Assembly (NCBI RefSeq): GCF_044704955.1
Contig: NC_091989.1
Location: forward strand, 40,300,001 to 40,364,000
Source of the DNA: Pristiophorus japonicus
Taxonomy: Eukaryota
DNA length: 64,000 nucleotides
Reading direction: 5' to 3'
The position numbers were made by a program, and so were the translations under genes. Within the stretch, counting starts at the first letter, position 1. The number at the start of each line of letters is the position of its first letter. Of this stretch, positions 1 to 12,934 are shown piece after piece. The notes under the pieces were generated by a model that saw only the letters and a list, made by a program, of their open reading frames with translations, made no database searches and was not told the origin of the DNA.

Positions 1-339
1 TGCACACCAGCTTTCCACAAGCAACCACTCCTCTCTCTCTCTCTGCCCTGCGCATGTGCAGATGACCCCTGAACTCCTGAATCGTGGGAAAAGTTAATCA
101 CAAAAACAAAACCACACATGCGCAGAATGGCCGTTGCTATGTACGCTGGCTTTGCACAATGGAATAAATCGCTGACGCACATTTCACATTGCTATGGCTA
201 ATGCCCAAATTAAAAAATGGAAACTAGCGGGGTTTAAAATGGGTGCTATTCCGGCTATCCCAAAATATAATATTATCACCAACGCCAGAAATGTCGCCCA
301 TTTTTGGGCGATATAGACCACAATGCAAAATCTAGCCCC
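1..339. mobile_element. Right end of a Harbinger-type MITE (left end outside window)
   Basis: Ends in GCAAAATCTAGCCCC (revcomp GGGGCTAGATTTTGC), similar to the GGGCTARAATTTCC TIR of the Harbinger element at 26935-31053; contains TGCGCATGTGCA motifs like the other MITEs here. Confidence 0.5.
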
Positions 340-745
340 AAGTGCAGCAGAGCTAACCGTCGAACATTTGCTCAACAGAAACAATGTCACAACAGCTGGT
401 GTGAAGTATATTGTGGCTCACGAACTTGGAAAGATTTTAAAGGAAGCTGTTGCATATTTTTCATTGTCCATCAGAGTAGCCAAGGAGAGAACTGGTTGAC
501 AACCCACACAATGGTGAAGACACATTGAGAGAGAGAGAGGAGATTTTACTTACAGTAAAAATCTTATATTTTGCATTATATGTTTTATTATTTTGCAATA
601 TGGTATTACAATGGTGGTTTGAAATTATGACCACAACTCTTAGTTGTAAATACAACACTTGATAGAATATCTAATTGTAATTTACTCAGATTTGAATGTA
701 TTAAATAAGTCTACATGATTATTTAAGGTCTCTGAACCCACTAGT

Positions 746-1034
746 GCCAGCCATGGCTCAGTGGGTAGCATACTTGCCTCTGGGTCAGAAGATTGTGGGT
801 TCAAGTTCCACTGCAGCAACTTGAGCACATAAATCTAAGTTGACACTCTAGTTCAGTACTGAGGGAGTGCTGCTCTGTCGGAGGTGCCGCCTTTCGGATG
901 AGACGTTAAACCGAGGTCCCATCTGCTCTCTGCTCTCTCAGGTGGACATAAAAGATCCCATGGAACTATTTCGCGAAGAGCAGGGGAGTTATCCCCGGTG
1001 TCCTGGCCCATAGTTAGCCCTCAATCAACATAAC
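746..1034 (+). mobile_element. Deu-domain tRNA-derived SINE (SacSINE1/AmnSINE1-like), 5' part, cut by the Gypsy LTR
   Basis: A-box TGGCTCAGTGGG, B-box GGTTCAAGTTCC, then Deu-domain-like GAGGGAGTGCTGC..GTCGGAGGTGCC..TTTCGGATGAGACGTTAAACCGAGG..CTCTCAGGTGGAC.TAAAAGATCCCATGG; the same sequence recurs at 46280 and 59870. Confidence 0.8.
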
Positions 1035-1237
1035 GGTCATGTATGTACATTCTGTTTGTAGCCACCAGATGGCGTCATTGTTGGAGGCCACTAAGTAGCA
1101 CGCACATGGTGCTGCTCTGGTATAAAAGGCCAACCATTTTGAGAGTCAGGCACTTTGGGCCTGGATAAAGCAGAAGCAAGGTTGTAGCTTGCTTAGTTAA
1201 ACAGTACTTAGTTTGTACCTTTATTGCATACATAACA
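1035..1237 (+). repeat. 5' LTR of Gypsy retrotransposon
   Basis: Bounded by inverted termini gGTCATGTATG...CATACATAACA; TATAAAA at 1121-1127; immediately followed by a PBS and the gag ORF. Confidence 0.8.
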
Positions 1238-1239
1238 TT

Positions 1240-1252
1240 TGGTGACGAGAAT
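1240..1252 (+). promoter_or_regulatory. Primer-binding site, probably tRNA-Ser(GCU)
   Basis: TGGTGACGAGAAT just after the LTR end; 2 mismatches from TGGCGACGAGGAT, the complement of the tRNA-Ser(GCU) 3' end (recalled, not searched). Confidence 0.65.
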
Positions 1253-1266
1253 ACAAGAACCTTTGT

Positions 1267-2685
1267 TTGCAAAATGAGCAGATTGGATTTTTAGAGCGAT
1301 TCGTGGAGGGAGAAGATTGGGCAAACTTTGTGAGCTGTTGGAACCAGTACTTCGTGGCCAACAAAATGAAGGGGGTCGACGATGCAGATCGGCACCGAGA
1401 CATGTTCCTCACTGTGTGCAGTTCAAAGATCTACGGTCTGATAAAGAATCTACTCATGCCTAGTGATCCAACAGACAAAACGTACGAGGAGTTGTGTACA
1501 TTGGTACGGGAGCACCTCAAGCCAGACGACGGCATCATCATTTCAAGATACAGGTTTTATACACACTTTCGATCGGAGGGCCAGAGTGCGGCAGAATTCG
1601 TTGCCGACCTGAGACGTCTAGCGGGACCGTACAAGTTCGGGATGGTGTTGGCAGACATGCTGCGGGACTTCTTTGTTATCGGTATCAACCACGAGGTGAT
1701 CCTGTGCAAACATCTGGCGGTGGAGGAGTTGGATTTAAAAAGGGACATCCAGATCGCTCAATCATGTATGACGACGAACAGGAGTCTAAAGCAAATATCG
1801 GTGAAGAACCGAACCTCGGCAAGTACTGTAAATGCAATTAATTCGGCGTTCAGCAGAGCGGTACATGGCAGGGCCCATCCGACTGTTTTCGCGAAACCTG
1901 TGGCTGCCCAAAGTCCGCTAGCGGGAATGTATCCAACTTCTCCGTGTTGGCGTTGTGGGGGAAATCATCGGCATCAGCAGTGCCGATTTAAACAATATGG
2001 TTGCAAAGACTGTCTGAGAGTGGGGCATCTCCAGCACAAGTGTCGGCAGATGAGCAAGCGTGCTGCGACACACCACGTGGAGGATGAGAATCAGACTAGC
2101 GCAGATCTGGAGACGCAATCCGAGATGACAGAGGAAGAAGTGTATGGACTGTACTCCTTCATAACCAAGAGTAAACAAATTTTGATTAATGTGAAGTTTA
2201 ACGGGATACCGGTATCGATGGAACTGGACACGGGGGCGAGTCAATCGATCATGAACGAGAGGGCATTTAATAAGCTGTTGGATACTAAGACTGTGAGGCC
2301 CAGGCTGAGCCCTGTTAATGCCAAGCTGCACACGTACACCAAAGAACTGATAAAGGTGATTGGCAGTGCACAAATTAATATGTCATATAACGGTGCGGTT
2401 CACGAATTACCACTGTGGATTATTCCAGACAATGGCCCAATGCTGATCGGCAGGAGCTGGTTGGAGAAAATCAGACATAAAGACGTTGTCATTGGAGGAA
2501 GATACATGTGCCCAAGTATTGAGCAAGTTCCCCTCGCTGTTCAAATGAGGTATCGGCAACGTCACGGGAGCCAAGGTGCAGATCCACGTGGACTCAGATG
2601 TAAGATCCGTCCATCATCAAGCTCGGGCAGTGCCGTATATGAAGAGGGAGAAGGTCGAAATCGAACTGGACAGACTCCTGCGTGA
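1267..2685 (+). pseudogene. Gypsy gag + aspartic protease (frameshifted near 2480)
   Basis: Two zinc knuckles (CWRCGGNHRHQQC, CKDCLRVGHLQHKC) and protease active site ELDTGAS. Confidence 0.85.
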
Positions 2686-4570
2686 AGGGATCATATCACC
2701 GGTGGAATTTAATGAATGGGCCAGCCCCATTGTTCCTGTGCTGAAAAGTGATGGCACAGTCAGAATCTGTGGAGACAACAAGGCTACGATCAATAGATCA
2801 GTACCCGTTACCGAAGGCTGATGACTTGTTTGCGATGCTAGCCGGAGGGAAGTAATTCACAAAACTGGACTTGACGTCAGCCTATATGGCACAGGAGTTG
2901 GTCAAGACATCGAAGAGACTTACGTGCATTAACACGCACAAAGGACTGTTTATTTACCACAGGTGCCCATTTGGAATTCGCTCGGCTGCAGCAATATTCC
3001 AGAGGAATATGGAAAGTCTACTGAAGTCCGTTCCCAGAACTGTCGTGTTCCAAGATGACATCCTGATCACCGGTCATGATTCCAAGGAACATCTGAACAA
3101 CCTGGAAGAGGTTCTACTGCGTTTGGATAGAGTGGGACTCAGACTGAAACACTCGAAGTGCGTCTTCATGCACCAGAAGTCGAATTCCTCGGGAGGAAAA
3201 TTGCCGCTGATGGCATCAGACCTACTGACATGAAAACCAAAGCCATCAAGAATACACCCAAGCCGCAGAATGTGATGAAGCTGCATTCGTTCCTGGGTCT
3301 ACTCAACTCCTTTGGTAACTTCCTACCTAAGTTGAGCACCTTACTAGAATCACTGCACATGCCATTGAGACAAGGCGACAACTGGGTGTGGGACGCAGCG
3401 CAAGACAGAACTTTCACCAATCTGTTTTGCTTGAACAAGGTGCTGGTACATTATGACCCATGTAAACGTTTAGTTTTAGCCTGTGACGCATTGTCATATG
3501 GAATTGGTTGCATACTCCAACAAGCCAATGAGTCGGGGAAACTTCAATCTGTCAAGCATGCATCCAAAAGTTTGTCTAAAGCAGAAAGAACCTACAGCAT
3601 GGTAGAAAAAGAAGCTTTAGCTGTGTGTACGGTGTTAAAAAGATGCATCAATACCTGTTCAATCTGAGGTTCAAATTAGAGACTGATCACAAGCCGCTCA
3701 TTTCATTGTTTTCCACGTTATCAACACCAACGCTTCATCCCGCATCCAAAGGTGGGTGCTGACATTATCTGCCTATGATTATGTAATTCACCACAGACCT
3801 GGCACAGAAAACTGTGCCAATGCTTTGAGACGGTTGCTGTTGCCCGCAACGGAAGTGGAAGCGCTACAACCGGCGGATCTAATGTTAATCATGGAGGCTT
3901 TTGAGAGTGAAGGAACCCCTGTCACGGCTCAACAATTAAGACCTGGACCAGCCAGGACCCGATTTTATCGGTGGTAAAGGGTTGCATCCTCAAAGGGGAT
4001 TGGTCTGCCATGCCCAAGCAAATGTGCGAGGAGGCCAAACCGTACTTTCGTCGCAAGGACGAACTATCTATTCAAGCAGGTTGCATATTGTGGGGCAATC
4101 GCATTGTAATGCCCAAGAAAGGGAGAGAGAAGTTCATGCATGAGTTACACAGCACACATCCTGGTGTAGTGATGATGAAGGCCTTCGCCAGGTCCCATGT
4201 ATGGTGGCCAGGAATTGATTCTGAGCTGGAAGCATGCGTGCATCAGTGCAACACTTGCATGCAGCTCAGCAAAGCACTAGCGGAATCACCGCTGAGTCTG
4301 TGGTTGTGGCCATCCAAACCTTGGTCCAGGATCCATGTAGATTTTGCAGGCTCCTTCCTGGGCAAGATGTTTTTAGTGGTGATGGACGCTTATTCAAAGT
4401 GGATAGAATGCATAATCATGTCATGCAGCACATCCACGGCAACCAGAGAGAATCTCAATGTCATGTTCGCGACACATGGTTTGCCTGGCATAGTGGTAAG
4501 CGACAATGGGTTGTGCTTCACCAGTCAGGAGTTTCAGGAGTTTGCGAAACTTAATGGCACAAGAACATAA
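2576..4570 (+). pseudogene. Gypsy pol (RT, RNase H, integrase), fragmented by frameshifts and stops
   Basis: EWASPIVPVLKSDGTVRICGD, CPFGI, VFQDDILI (RT); LACDALSYGIG and ERTYSMVEKEALA (RNase H); HSTHPG..CVHQCNTC, RIHVDFAG, VSDNG (integrase). Confidence 0.9.
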
Positions 4571-7280
4571 GAACATAAGAATTAGGAACAGGAGTAGGCC
4601 ATCTAGCCCCTTGAGCCTGCTCCGCCATTCAACAAGATATTGGCTGATCTGGCCGTGGACTCAGCTCCCTGTAACCCTTAATTCCCTTATTGGTTAAAAA
4701 TCTATCTATCTGTGATTTGAATATATTCAATGAGCTAGCCTCAACTGCTTCCTTGGGCAGAGAATTCCACAGATTCACAACCCTCTGGGAGAAGAAATTG
4801 CTTCTCAACTTGGTTTTAAATTGGCTCCCCCGTATTTTGAGGCTGTGCCCCCTAGTTCTAGTCTCCCCGACCAGTGGAAACAACCTCTCTGCCTCTATCT
4901 TGTCTATCCCATTATTTTAAATGTGTCTATAAGATCACCCCTCATCCTTCTGAACACCAACGAGTAAAGACCTAGTCTACTCAATCTATCATCATAAGGC
5001 AACCCCCTCATCCCCGGAATCAGCCTAGTGAATCGTCTCTTTTCCCCCCTCCAAGGCTAGTATATCCTTCCTTAAGTAAGGTGACCAAAACTGCACGCAG
5101 TACTCCAGGTGTGGCCTCACCAATACCCTATACAGTTGCAGCAGGACCTCCCTGCTTTTGAACTCCATCCCTCTCGCAATGAAGGCCAACATTTCATTCG
5201 CCTTCCTGATTACCTGCTGCACCTGCAAACTAACTTTTTGGGATTCATGCACAAGGAGTTCCATTATTTGAAGGGGCTGCTCCTGAAATTCTGGCTGCAC
5301 TTCAGTCCCACTCTCCTGATCTTTGGGCACCCTGTGCGGAGGGGAGCGGGTAGGTCCGAGGGCCTCCTCGTAGGACTGCTCCTGGGCACGGCCAAGGGTG
5401 CCATCAGCCGGTCCAGGCAGCGGGCGGTCGAGGGGGTCGTTCAACCTGACTGCCTGCCTCTCTTCCGCTCTTACATCCGGTCCAGGGTGTCCTTGGAGAT
5501 GGAACACGCGGTGTCCACCGGTACGCTCGCGGCCTTCCGCGAGAGGTGGGCACCGGAGGGACTGGAGTGCATCATCACGCCCGGCAACCAAATTTTAATT
5601 TGATTTTATGTTTTAAAGTTTAATTTGTTTTAATTGCCAGTGCTTTTAGTGTCCCCCTTCCCTTTTATAGGGGGCACTGGGGAAAAAATGTGATTTTAGT
5701 GCCCAAAAAAAAAGAAAGAAAAACACAAAAAAAAAAGGAAAAAAAGGGGCCTTGTAAATGTTTGGTGTGTCATCCAGGTCGGGTGGCACGGTTTAATCTT
5801 TTGTTTTACAGATAAACTCCAAAAGAGTTTCATGCACAAGGACCCCCAGGTCCCTCTGCATGTTGTAATTTCTCCCCTTCAAATAATATTCCCTTTTACT
5901 GTTTTTTTTTCCCAAGGTGGATGACCTCACATTTTCCGACATTGTATTCCATCTGCCAAACCTTAGCCCATCCACTTAACCGATCTAAATCTCTTTGCAG
6001 CCTCTCTGTGTCCTCTACACAACCCGCTTTCCCACTAATCTTTGTGTCATCTGCAAATTTTGTTACACTACACTCTGTCCCCTCTTCCAGGTCATCTATG
6101 TATATTGTAAACAGTTGTGGTCCCAGCACCGATCCCTGTGGCACACCACTAACCACCGATTACCAACCCGAAAAGGACCCATTTATCCCAACTCTCTGCT
6201 TTCTGTTAGCCAGCCAATTCTCTATCCATGCTAATACATTTCCTCTGACTCCACGTACCTTTATCTTCTGCAGTAACCTTTTGTGTGGCACCTTATCGAA
6301 TGCCTTTTGGAAATCTAAATACACCACATCCATCGGTACACCTCTATCCACCATGCTCATTATATCCTCAAAGAATTCCAGTAAATTAGTTAAGCATGAT
6401 TTCCCCTTCATGAATCCATGTTGCATCTGCTTGATTGCACTATTCCTATCTAGATGTCCCGCTATTTCTTCTTTAATGATAGCATCAAGCATTTTCCCCA
6501 CTACAGATGTTAAACTAACCGGCCTATAGTTACCTGCCTTTTGTCTGCCCCAATTTTTAAACAGAGGCGTTACATTAGCTGCTTTCCAATCCACTGGTAC
6601 CTCCCCAGAGTCCAGAGAATTTTGGTAGATTATAACGAATGCATCTGCTAATATCCTAGGATGCATTTCATCAGGACTAGGGGACTTGTCTATCTTGAGT
6701 CCCATTAGCCTGTCCAGCACTACCCCCCTAGTGATAGTGATTATCTCAAGGTCCTCCCTTCCCATATTCCCGTGACCAGCAATTTTTGGCATGGTTTTTG
6801 TGTCTTGCACTGTGAAGACCGAAGCAAAATAATTATTTAAGGTCTCAGCCATTTCCACATTTCCCATTATTAAACCCCCCTTCTCATCTTCTAAGGGACC
6901 AACATTTACTTTAGTCACTCTTTTCCGTTTTATATATCGGTAAAAGCTTTTACTATCTGTTTTTATGTTTTGCGCAAGTTTACTTTCGTAATCTATCTTT
7001 CCTTTCTTTATTGCTTTCTTAGTCATTCTTTGCTGTCGTTTAAAATTTTCCCAATCTGCTAGTTTCCCACTAACTTGGCCACCTTATACGCATTGGTTTT
7101 TAATTTGATACTCTCCTTTATTTCCTTGGTTATCCACGGCTGGTTATCCCTTCTCTTACCGCCCTTCTTTTACATTGGAATATATTTTTGTTGAGCACTA
7201 TGAAAGAGCTCCTTAAAAGTCCTCTACTGTTCCTCAATTGTGCCACCATTTAGTCTGTGTTTCCAGTCTACTTTAGCCAA
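4561..7280 (-). mobile_element. CR1 LINE (family with TTCTTATG tail), 3' part of ORF2 RT; interrupted by Tx1 at 5258-5828
   Basis: Tail AAGAACATAAGAACATAAG at 4561; ORFs with GVPQGSVLGP, KFADDTK, YLDFQKAFDKVPH, NYRPVSLTS. Confidence 0.92.
5258..5828 (+). mobile_element. Tx1-clade LINE, 5'-truncated 3' end, 14-bp TSD TTCATGCACAAGGA
   Basis: Near-identical to 52497-53302; ORF2 C-terminus ends at 5603; TSD at 5244-5257 and 5829-5842 restores the host CR1. Confidence 0.85.
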
Positions 7281-7618
7281 GTGAGTTTGGTAAGTGAGTG
7301 AGTTCGGGCAAGCGGGGATGGCAGGTGCTGTTTTGTCTTGTTTTCCGACCAGTGCTGACACTAGAGCAGCTGATAAGGAGTGCGAGAGTAGGAGGCGGAG
7401 GCCCAGAGACCAGCCCAACCAGTTGCAGACAAAGATAGAGGGGTGCGAAATTGAGAAGTGACGTCACAGCCAAGCATGTACGTGGTTGGCTGTTCGACTG
7501 GTAGGTATAACTCTCTTTTAGACTGACTTTGAGATTGGTTTAATTGGCAGCCAACCAATAAGTAGCTGTTTGGTGTTTAAGTAAATTTTAGTAAGTAAAT
7601 TAATTTAAGGGTCAAGTC

Positions 7619-8545
7619 ATGGCAGGAGAGCTCGGACCCATGTCATGCTCCTCCTGTGCTATGTGGGATGTCCCTGACTACTATGTGTGCAGAAAGTGTG
7701 TCCAGCTGCAGCTCCTGACAGACCGCATGATGGCACTGGAGCTGCGGATGTACTCACTCTGGAGCATGCGCGATGCTGAGAATGTTGTTGACAGCACATT
7801 TAGTGAGTTGGTCACACCGCAGGTAAGGGTTAGGACAGATAGTGAATGGGTGACCAAGAGACAAGGCAAGAGCAGGAAGGTAGTGCAGGATTCCCCTGCG
7901 GTCAGCTCCCTCCAAAACAGATATACCGTTTTGGATACTGTTGGGGGAGATGACTTACCAGGGGAAGGCACCAGCAGCCAGGTTCATGGCACCATGGGAG
8001 GCTCTGCTGCACAGAAGGGTGGGAAAAAGAGTGGGAGAGCTATAGTGATAGGGGACTCGATTGTAAGGGGAGTAGATAGGAATTTCTGCGGCCACAACCG
8101 AGACTCCAGGATGGTATGTTGCCTCCCTGGTGCAAGGGTCAAGGATGTCTCGGAGCGGCTGCAGAGCATTCTGGAGTGGGAGGGTGAACAGCCAGTTGTT
8201 GTGGTACATGTAGGTACCAATGATATAGGTAAGAAGCGGGAAGAGGTCCTACAAGCTGAATTTAGGGAGCTAGGAGTTAAATTAAAAAGTAGGACCTCAA
8301 AGGCAGTAATCTCAGGATTGCTACCAGTGCCACGTGCTAATCAGAGTGGAGGGAGCAGGATAGTTAGAATAAATACGTGACTTGAGCAGTGGTACAAGAG
8401 GGAGGGATTCAAATTCCTGGGACATTGGAACCAGTTCTGGGGAAAGTGGGACCTGTACAAAAGGGACGGTCTGCACGTGGGCAGGACTGGAACTGATGTC
8501 CTAGGAGTAACATTTGCTAATGCAGTTCGGGAGTGTTTAAACTAA
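7619..8545 (+). pseudogene. CR1 ORF1p (Cys-rich zinc finger + SGNH esterase); premature TGA at 8378-8380
   Basis: CSSCAMW..CRKC; esterase blocks IVIGDSIVRG, CLPGARV, VHVGTND, and DGLH after the stop; the frame continues to TAA at 8543-8545. Confidence 0.88.
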
Positions 8546-8704
8546 TATGGCAGGGGGATGGGAACCTATGCAGCGAGATAGGGTGAAGTAATATGGAGTC
8601 AGAAACACATGGTAGAAAGGTAAAAAGCAATAGTGGAAGGCTGAGTAAACAAAGGCAAGAAACAAAAAGGGCCACACTACATCATAATTCTAAAGGGACA
8701 AAGG

Positions 8705-11507
8705 GTGTTAAAAAAAACAAGCCTGAAGGCTTTGTGTCTTAATGCAAGGAGTATCTGTAATAAGGTGGATGAATTAACTGTGCAAATAGATGTTAATAGA
8801 TATGATGTGATTGGGATTACAGAGACGTGGCTTCAGGATGATCAGGGCTGGGAACTCAACATCCATGGGTATTCAACATTCAGGAAGGATAGAATAAAAG
8901 GAAAAGGAAGTGGGGTAGCATTGCTGGTTAAAGAGGAGATTAATGCAATCGTTAGGAAGGACATTAGCTTGGATGATGTGGAATCTATATGGGTAGAGCT
9001 GCAGAACACCAAAGGGCAAAAAACGTTAGTGGGAGTTGTGTACAGACCTCCAAACAGTAGTAGTGATGTTGGGGAGGGCATCAAACAGGAAATTAGGGGT
9101 GCATGCAATAAAGGTGCAGCAGTTATCATGGGTGACTTTAATATGCACATAGATTGGGCTAACCAAACTGGAAGCAATATGGTGGAGGAGGATTTCTTGG
9201 AGTGCATAAGGGATGGTTTTCTCGACCAATATGTCGAGGAATCAACTAGGGGGGAGGCCATCTTAGACTGGATGTTGTGTAATGAGAGAGGATTAATTAG
9301 CAATCTCGTTGTGCGAGGCCCCTTGGGTAAGAGTGACCATAATATGGTGGAATTCTACATTAGGATGGAGAATGAAACAGTTAATTCAGAGACCATGGTC
9401 CAGAACTTAAAGAAGGGTAACTTTGAAGGTATGAGGCGTGAATTGGCTGGGATAGATTGGCGAATGGTACTTAAGGGGTTGACTATGGATGGGCAATGGC
9501 AGACATTTAGAGACTGCATGGATGAACTACAACAATTGTACATTCCTGTCTGGCGTAAAAATAAAAAGGGAAGGTGGCTCAACCGTGGCTATCAAGGGAA
9601 ATCAGGGATAGTATTAAAGCCAAGGAAGTGGCATACAAATTGGCCAGAAATAGCAGTGAACCTGGGGACTGGAAGAAATTTAGAACTCAGCAGAGGAGGA
9701 CAAATGGTTTGATTAGGGCAGGGAAAATAGAGTACGAGAGGAAGCTTGCAGGGAACATTAAGACGGACTGCAAAAGTTTCTACAGATATGTAAAGAGAAA
9801 AAGGTTAGTAAAGACAAACGTAGGTCCTCTGCAGTCAGAATCAGGGGAAGTCATAACGGGGAACAAAGAAATGGCAGACCAATTGAACAAGTACTTTGGT
9901 TCGGTATTCACTAAGGAGGACACAAACAACCTTCCGGATATAAAAGGGGTCAAAGGGTCTAGTAAGAAGGAAGAACTGAGGGAAATCCTTATTAGTCGGG
10001 AAATTGCATTGGGGAAATTGATGGGATTGAAGGCCGATAAATCCCCAGGGCCTGATGGACTTGAGGAGTATTTAAGGAGGTGGCCTTGGAAATAGCGGAT
10101 GCATTGACAGTCATTTTCCAACATTCCATAGACTCTGGATCAGTTCCTATGGAGTGGAGGGTAGCCAATGTAACCCCACTTTTTAAAAAAGGAGGGAGAG
10201 AGAAAACAGGGAATTATACATCGGTCAGCCTGACATCAGTAGTGGGTAAAATAATGGAATCAATTATTAAGGATGTCATAGCAGCGCATTTGGAAAGAGG
10301 TGACATGATAGGTCCAAGTCAGCATGGATTTGTGAAAGGGAAATCATGCTTGACAAATCTTCTGGAATTTTTTGAGGATGTTTCCAGTCGATTGGACAAG
10401 GGTGAACCAGTTGATGTGGTATATTTGGACTTTCAGAAGGCTTTCGACAAGGTCCCAAACAAGAGATTAATGTGCAAAGTTAAAGCACATGGGATTGGGG
10501 GTAGTGTGTTGATGTGGATTGAGAACTGGTTGTCAGACAGGAAGCAAAGAGTAGGAGTAAATGGGTACTTTTCAGAATGGCAGGCAGTGACTAGTGGGGT
10601 ACCGCAAGGTTCTGTGCTGGGGCCCCAGCTGTTTACATTGTACATTAATGATTTAGACGAGGGGATTAAATGTAGTATCTCCAAATTTGCAGATGACACT
10701 AAGTTGGGTGGCAGTGTGAGCTGCGAGGAGGATGCTATGAGGCTGCAGAGTGACTTGGATAGGTTAGGTGAGTGGGCAAATGCATGGCAGATGAAGTATA
10801 ATGTGGATAAATGTGAGGTTATCCACTTTGATGGTAAAAACAGAGAAACAGACTATTATCTGAATGGTGACAGATTAGGAAAAGGGGAGGTGCAACGAGA
10901 CCTGGGTGTCATGGTACATCAGTCATTGAAGGTTGACATGCAGGTACAGCAGGCGGTTAAGAAAGCAAATGGCATGTTGGCCTTCATAGTGAGGGGATTT
11001 GAGTACAGGGGCAGGGAGGTGTTACTACAGTTGTCCAGGGCCTTGATGAGGCCACACCTGAAGTATTGTGTACAGTTTTGGTCTCCTAACTTGAGGAAGG
11101 ACATTCTTGCTATTGAGGGAGTGCAGCGAAGGTTCACCAGACTGATTCCTGGGATGGCGGGACTGACATATCAAGAAAGACTGGATCAACTGGGCTTGTA
11201 TTCACTGGAGGTCAGAAGAATGAGAGGGGATCTCATAGAAACGTTTAAAATTCTGACGGGTTTAGACAAGTTAGATGCAGGAAGAATGTTCCCAATGTTG
11301 GGGAAGTCCAGAACCAGGGGTCACAGTCTAAGGATAAGGGGTAAGCCATTTAGGACCGAGATGAGGAGAAACTTCTTCACCCAGAGAGTGGTAAACCTGT
11401 GGAATTCTCTACCACAGAAAGATGTTGAAGCCAATTCATTAAATATATTCAAAAAGGAGTTAGATGTAGTCCTTACTACTAGGGGGATCAAGGGGTATGG
11501 TGAGTAA
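8705..11507 (+). pseudogene. CR1 ORF2p (APE endonuclease + reverse transcriptase), two frameshifts (~9570, ~10070)
   Basis: LNARSI, ITETWL, VYRPP, MGDFN, SDHN (EN); QHGF, DFQKAFD, GVPQGSVLGP, FADD (RT). Confidence 0.93.
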
Positions 11508-11622
11508 GCATGAATGGGGTACTGAAGTTGCATGTTCAGCCGTGAACTCATTGAATGGTGGTGCAGGCTAGAAGGGCCGAATGGCCTACTCCTGCACCTA
11601 TTTTCTATGTTTCTATGTTTCT

Positions 11623-12934
11623 AACTCTGCCCTCATCCCACTGTAGTCCCCTTTGTTTAAGCATAGTACGCTCGTTTGAGACACTACTTCCTCACCCTCA
11701 ATCTGTATTACAAATTCAACCATACTGTGATCACTCATTCCGAGAGGATCTTTTACTAGGAGATCGTTTATTATTCCTATCTCATTACACAGGACCAGAT
11801 CTAAGATAGCTTGCTCCTTTGTCGGTTCTGTAACATACTGTTCTGAAAAACAATCCCGTATGCATTCTATGAATTCCTCCTCCAGGCTACCCCGTGCGAT
11901 TTGATTTGACCAATCGATATGTAGGTTAAAATCCCCCATGATTACTGCCGTTCCTTTTTCACATGCCTCCATTATTCCCTTGATTATTGCCCGCCCCAAC
12001 GTGAAGTTATTATTTGGGGGCCTATAAACTACGCCCACCAGTGACTTTTTCCCCTTACTATCTCTAATCTCCACCCACAATGATTCAACATTTTGTTCAT
12101 TAGAGCCAATATCGTCTCTCACAACTGCCCTGATATCATCCTTTATTAACAGAGCTACTCCACCTCCTTCCCTTCTTGTCTATCTTTCCGAATTGTCAGA
12201 TACCCTGTATGTTTAATTCCCAGTCTTGGCCACCCTGCAACCACGTTTCTGTAATGGCCACCAAATCATACCCATTTGTAGTGATTTGTGCCGTCAACTC
12301 ATTTACTTTATTTCGAATGCTGCGTGCGTTTATGTAGAGTGTTTTAATATTAGTTTTTAAACCATGATTTTTAGTTTTGACCCCCTCCTGCAGCCCCTTT
12401 ATATTCATACATATTGTCTCTTCCTATCACCTTGTGGTTTGCACTTACCCCAGTACTACTCTGCTCTGTTGCCTCCTGCCTTTTGCATTCTTTCTTGGGG
12501 TCCTGTTCATCTGAGCTCTCACCCACTCTAACCAGCTCAGAGCCCTCTCCTGGGTTCCGAATACTCCTTGCATTGAGGCACCGAGCTTTCATGTTTGCCT
12601 TTTTATTACACTTTGACCCTTTAGAATTTTGTTGTACAGGGCCCTTTTTGTTTTTTGCCTTGGGTTTCTCTGCCCTCCAATTTTACTCATCTCCTTTCTG
12701 TCTTTTGCTTTTGTCTCCATTTTGTTTCCCTCTGTCTCCCTGCATTGGTTCCCATCCCCCTCCCATATTAGTTTAACTCCTCCCCAACAGCACTAGCAAA
12801 CACTCCCCCTAGGACATTGGTTCCGGTCCTGCCCAGGTGCAGACCGTCCGGTTTGTACTGGTTCCACCTCCCCCAGAACCGGTTTCAATGCCCCAGGAAT
12901 TTGAATCCCTCCTTGCTGCACCACTGCTCAAGCC
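11623..12934 (-). mobile_element. 5' continuation of the minus-strand CR1 (EN domain, inter-ORF region, ORF1 3' end)
   Basis: YINARSIRNK, ITETWLQ, VYRPP, MGDFN, SDH; 12770-12930 matches the ORF1 C-terminal segment (DGLHLG) at 8380-8545. Confidence 0.88.

Larger units (their letters stand above)
1035..4562 (+). mobile_element. Ty3/Gypsy (Mag-like) LTR retrotransposon, degenerate, 3' end and 3' LTR missing
   Basis: Order LTR-PBS-gag-PR-RT-RH-IN; the integrase breaks off at the tail of a minus-strand CR1 at ~4561. Confidence 0.9.
7281..11622 (+). mobile_element. Near full-length CR1 LINE (family with TTTCTATG tail) inserted antisense into another CR1
   Basis: 5' UTR, ORF1, ORF2 and tail TTTTCTATGTTTCTATGTTTCTA; the flanks rejoin as CTTTAGCCAA/CTCTGCCC of the host CR1 with only ~2 bp overlap. 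Confidence 0.93.

Noticed and set aside
753-812. tRNA-like A/B boxes
   Set aside because: SINE head followed by a Deu domain, not a tRNA gene.
3040-3066. Gypsy RT catalytic motif reads FQDD rather than YxDD
   Set aside because: F/YxDD variation is within the known range, and a single decayed copy cannot show anything unusual.
5921-6529. Long ORFs antisense to CR1 ORF2 (also 8842-9303, 18869-19279, 56752-57447)
   Set aside because: Shadow frames of the RT/EN coding strand, repeated in each CR1 copy; no independent evidence of coding.
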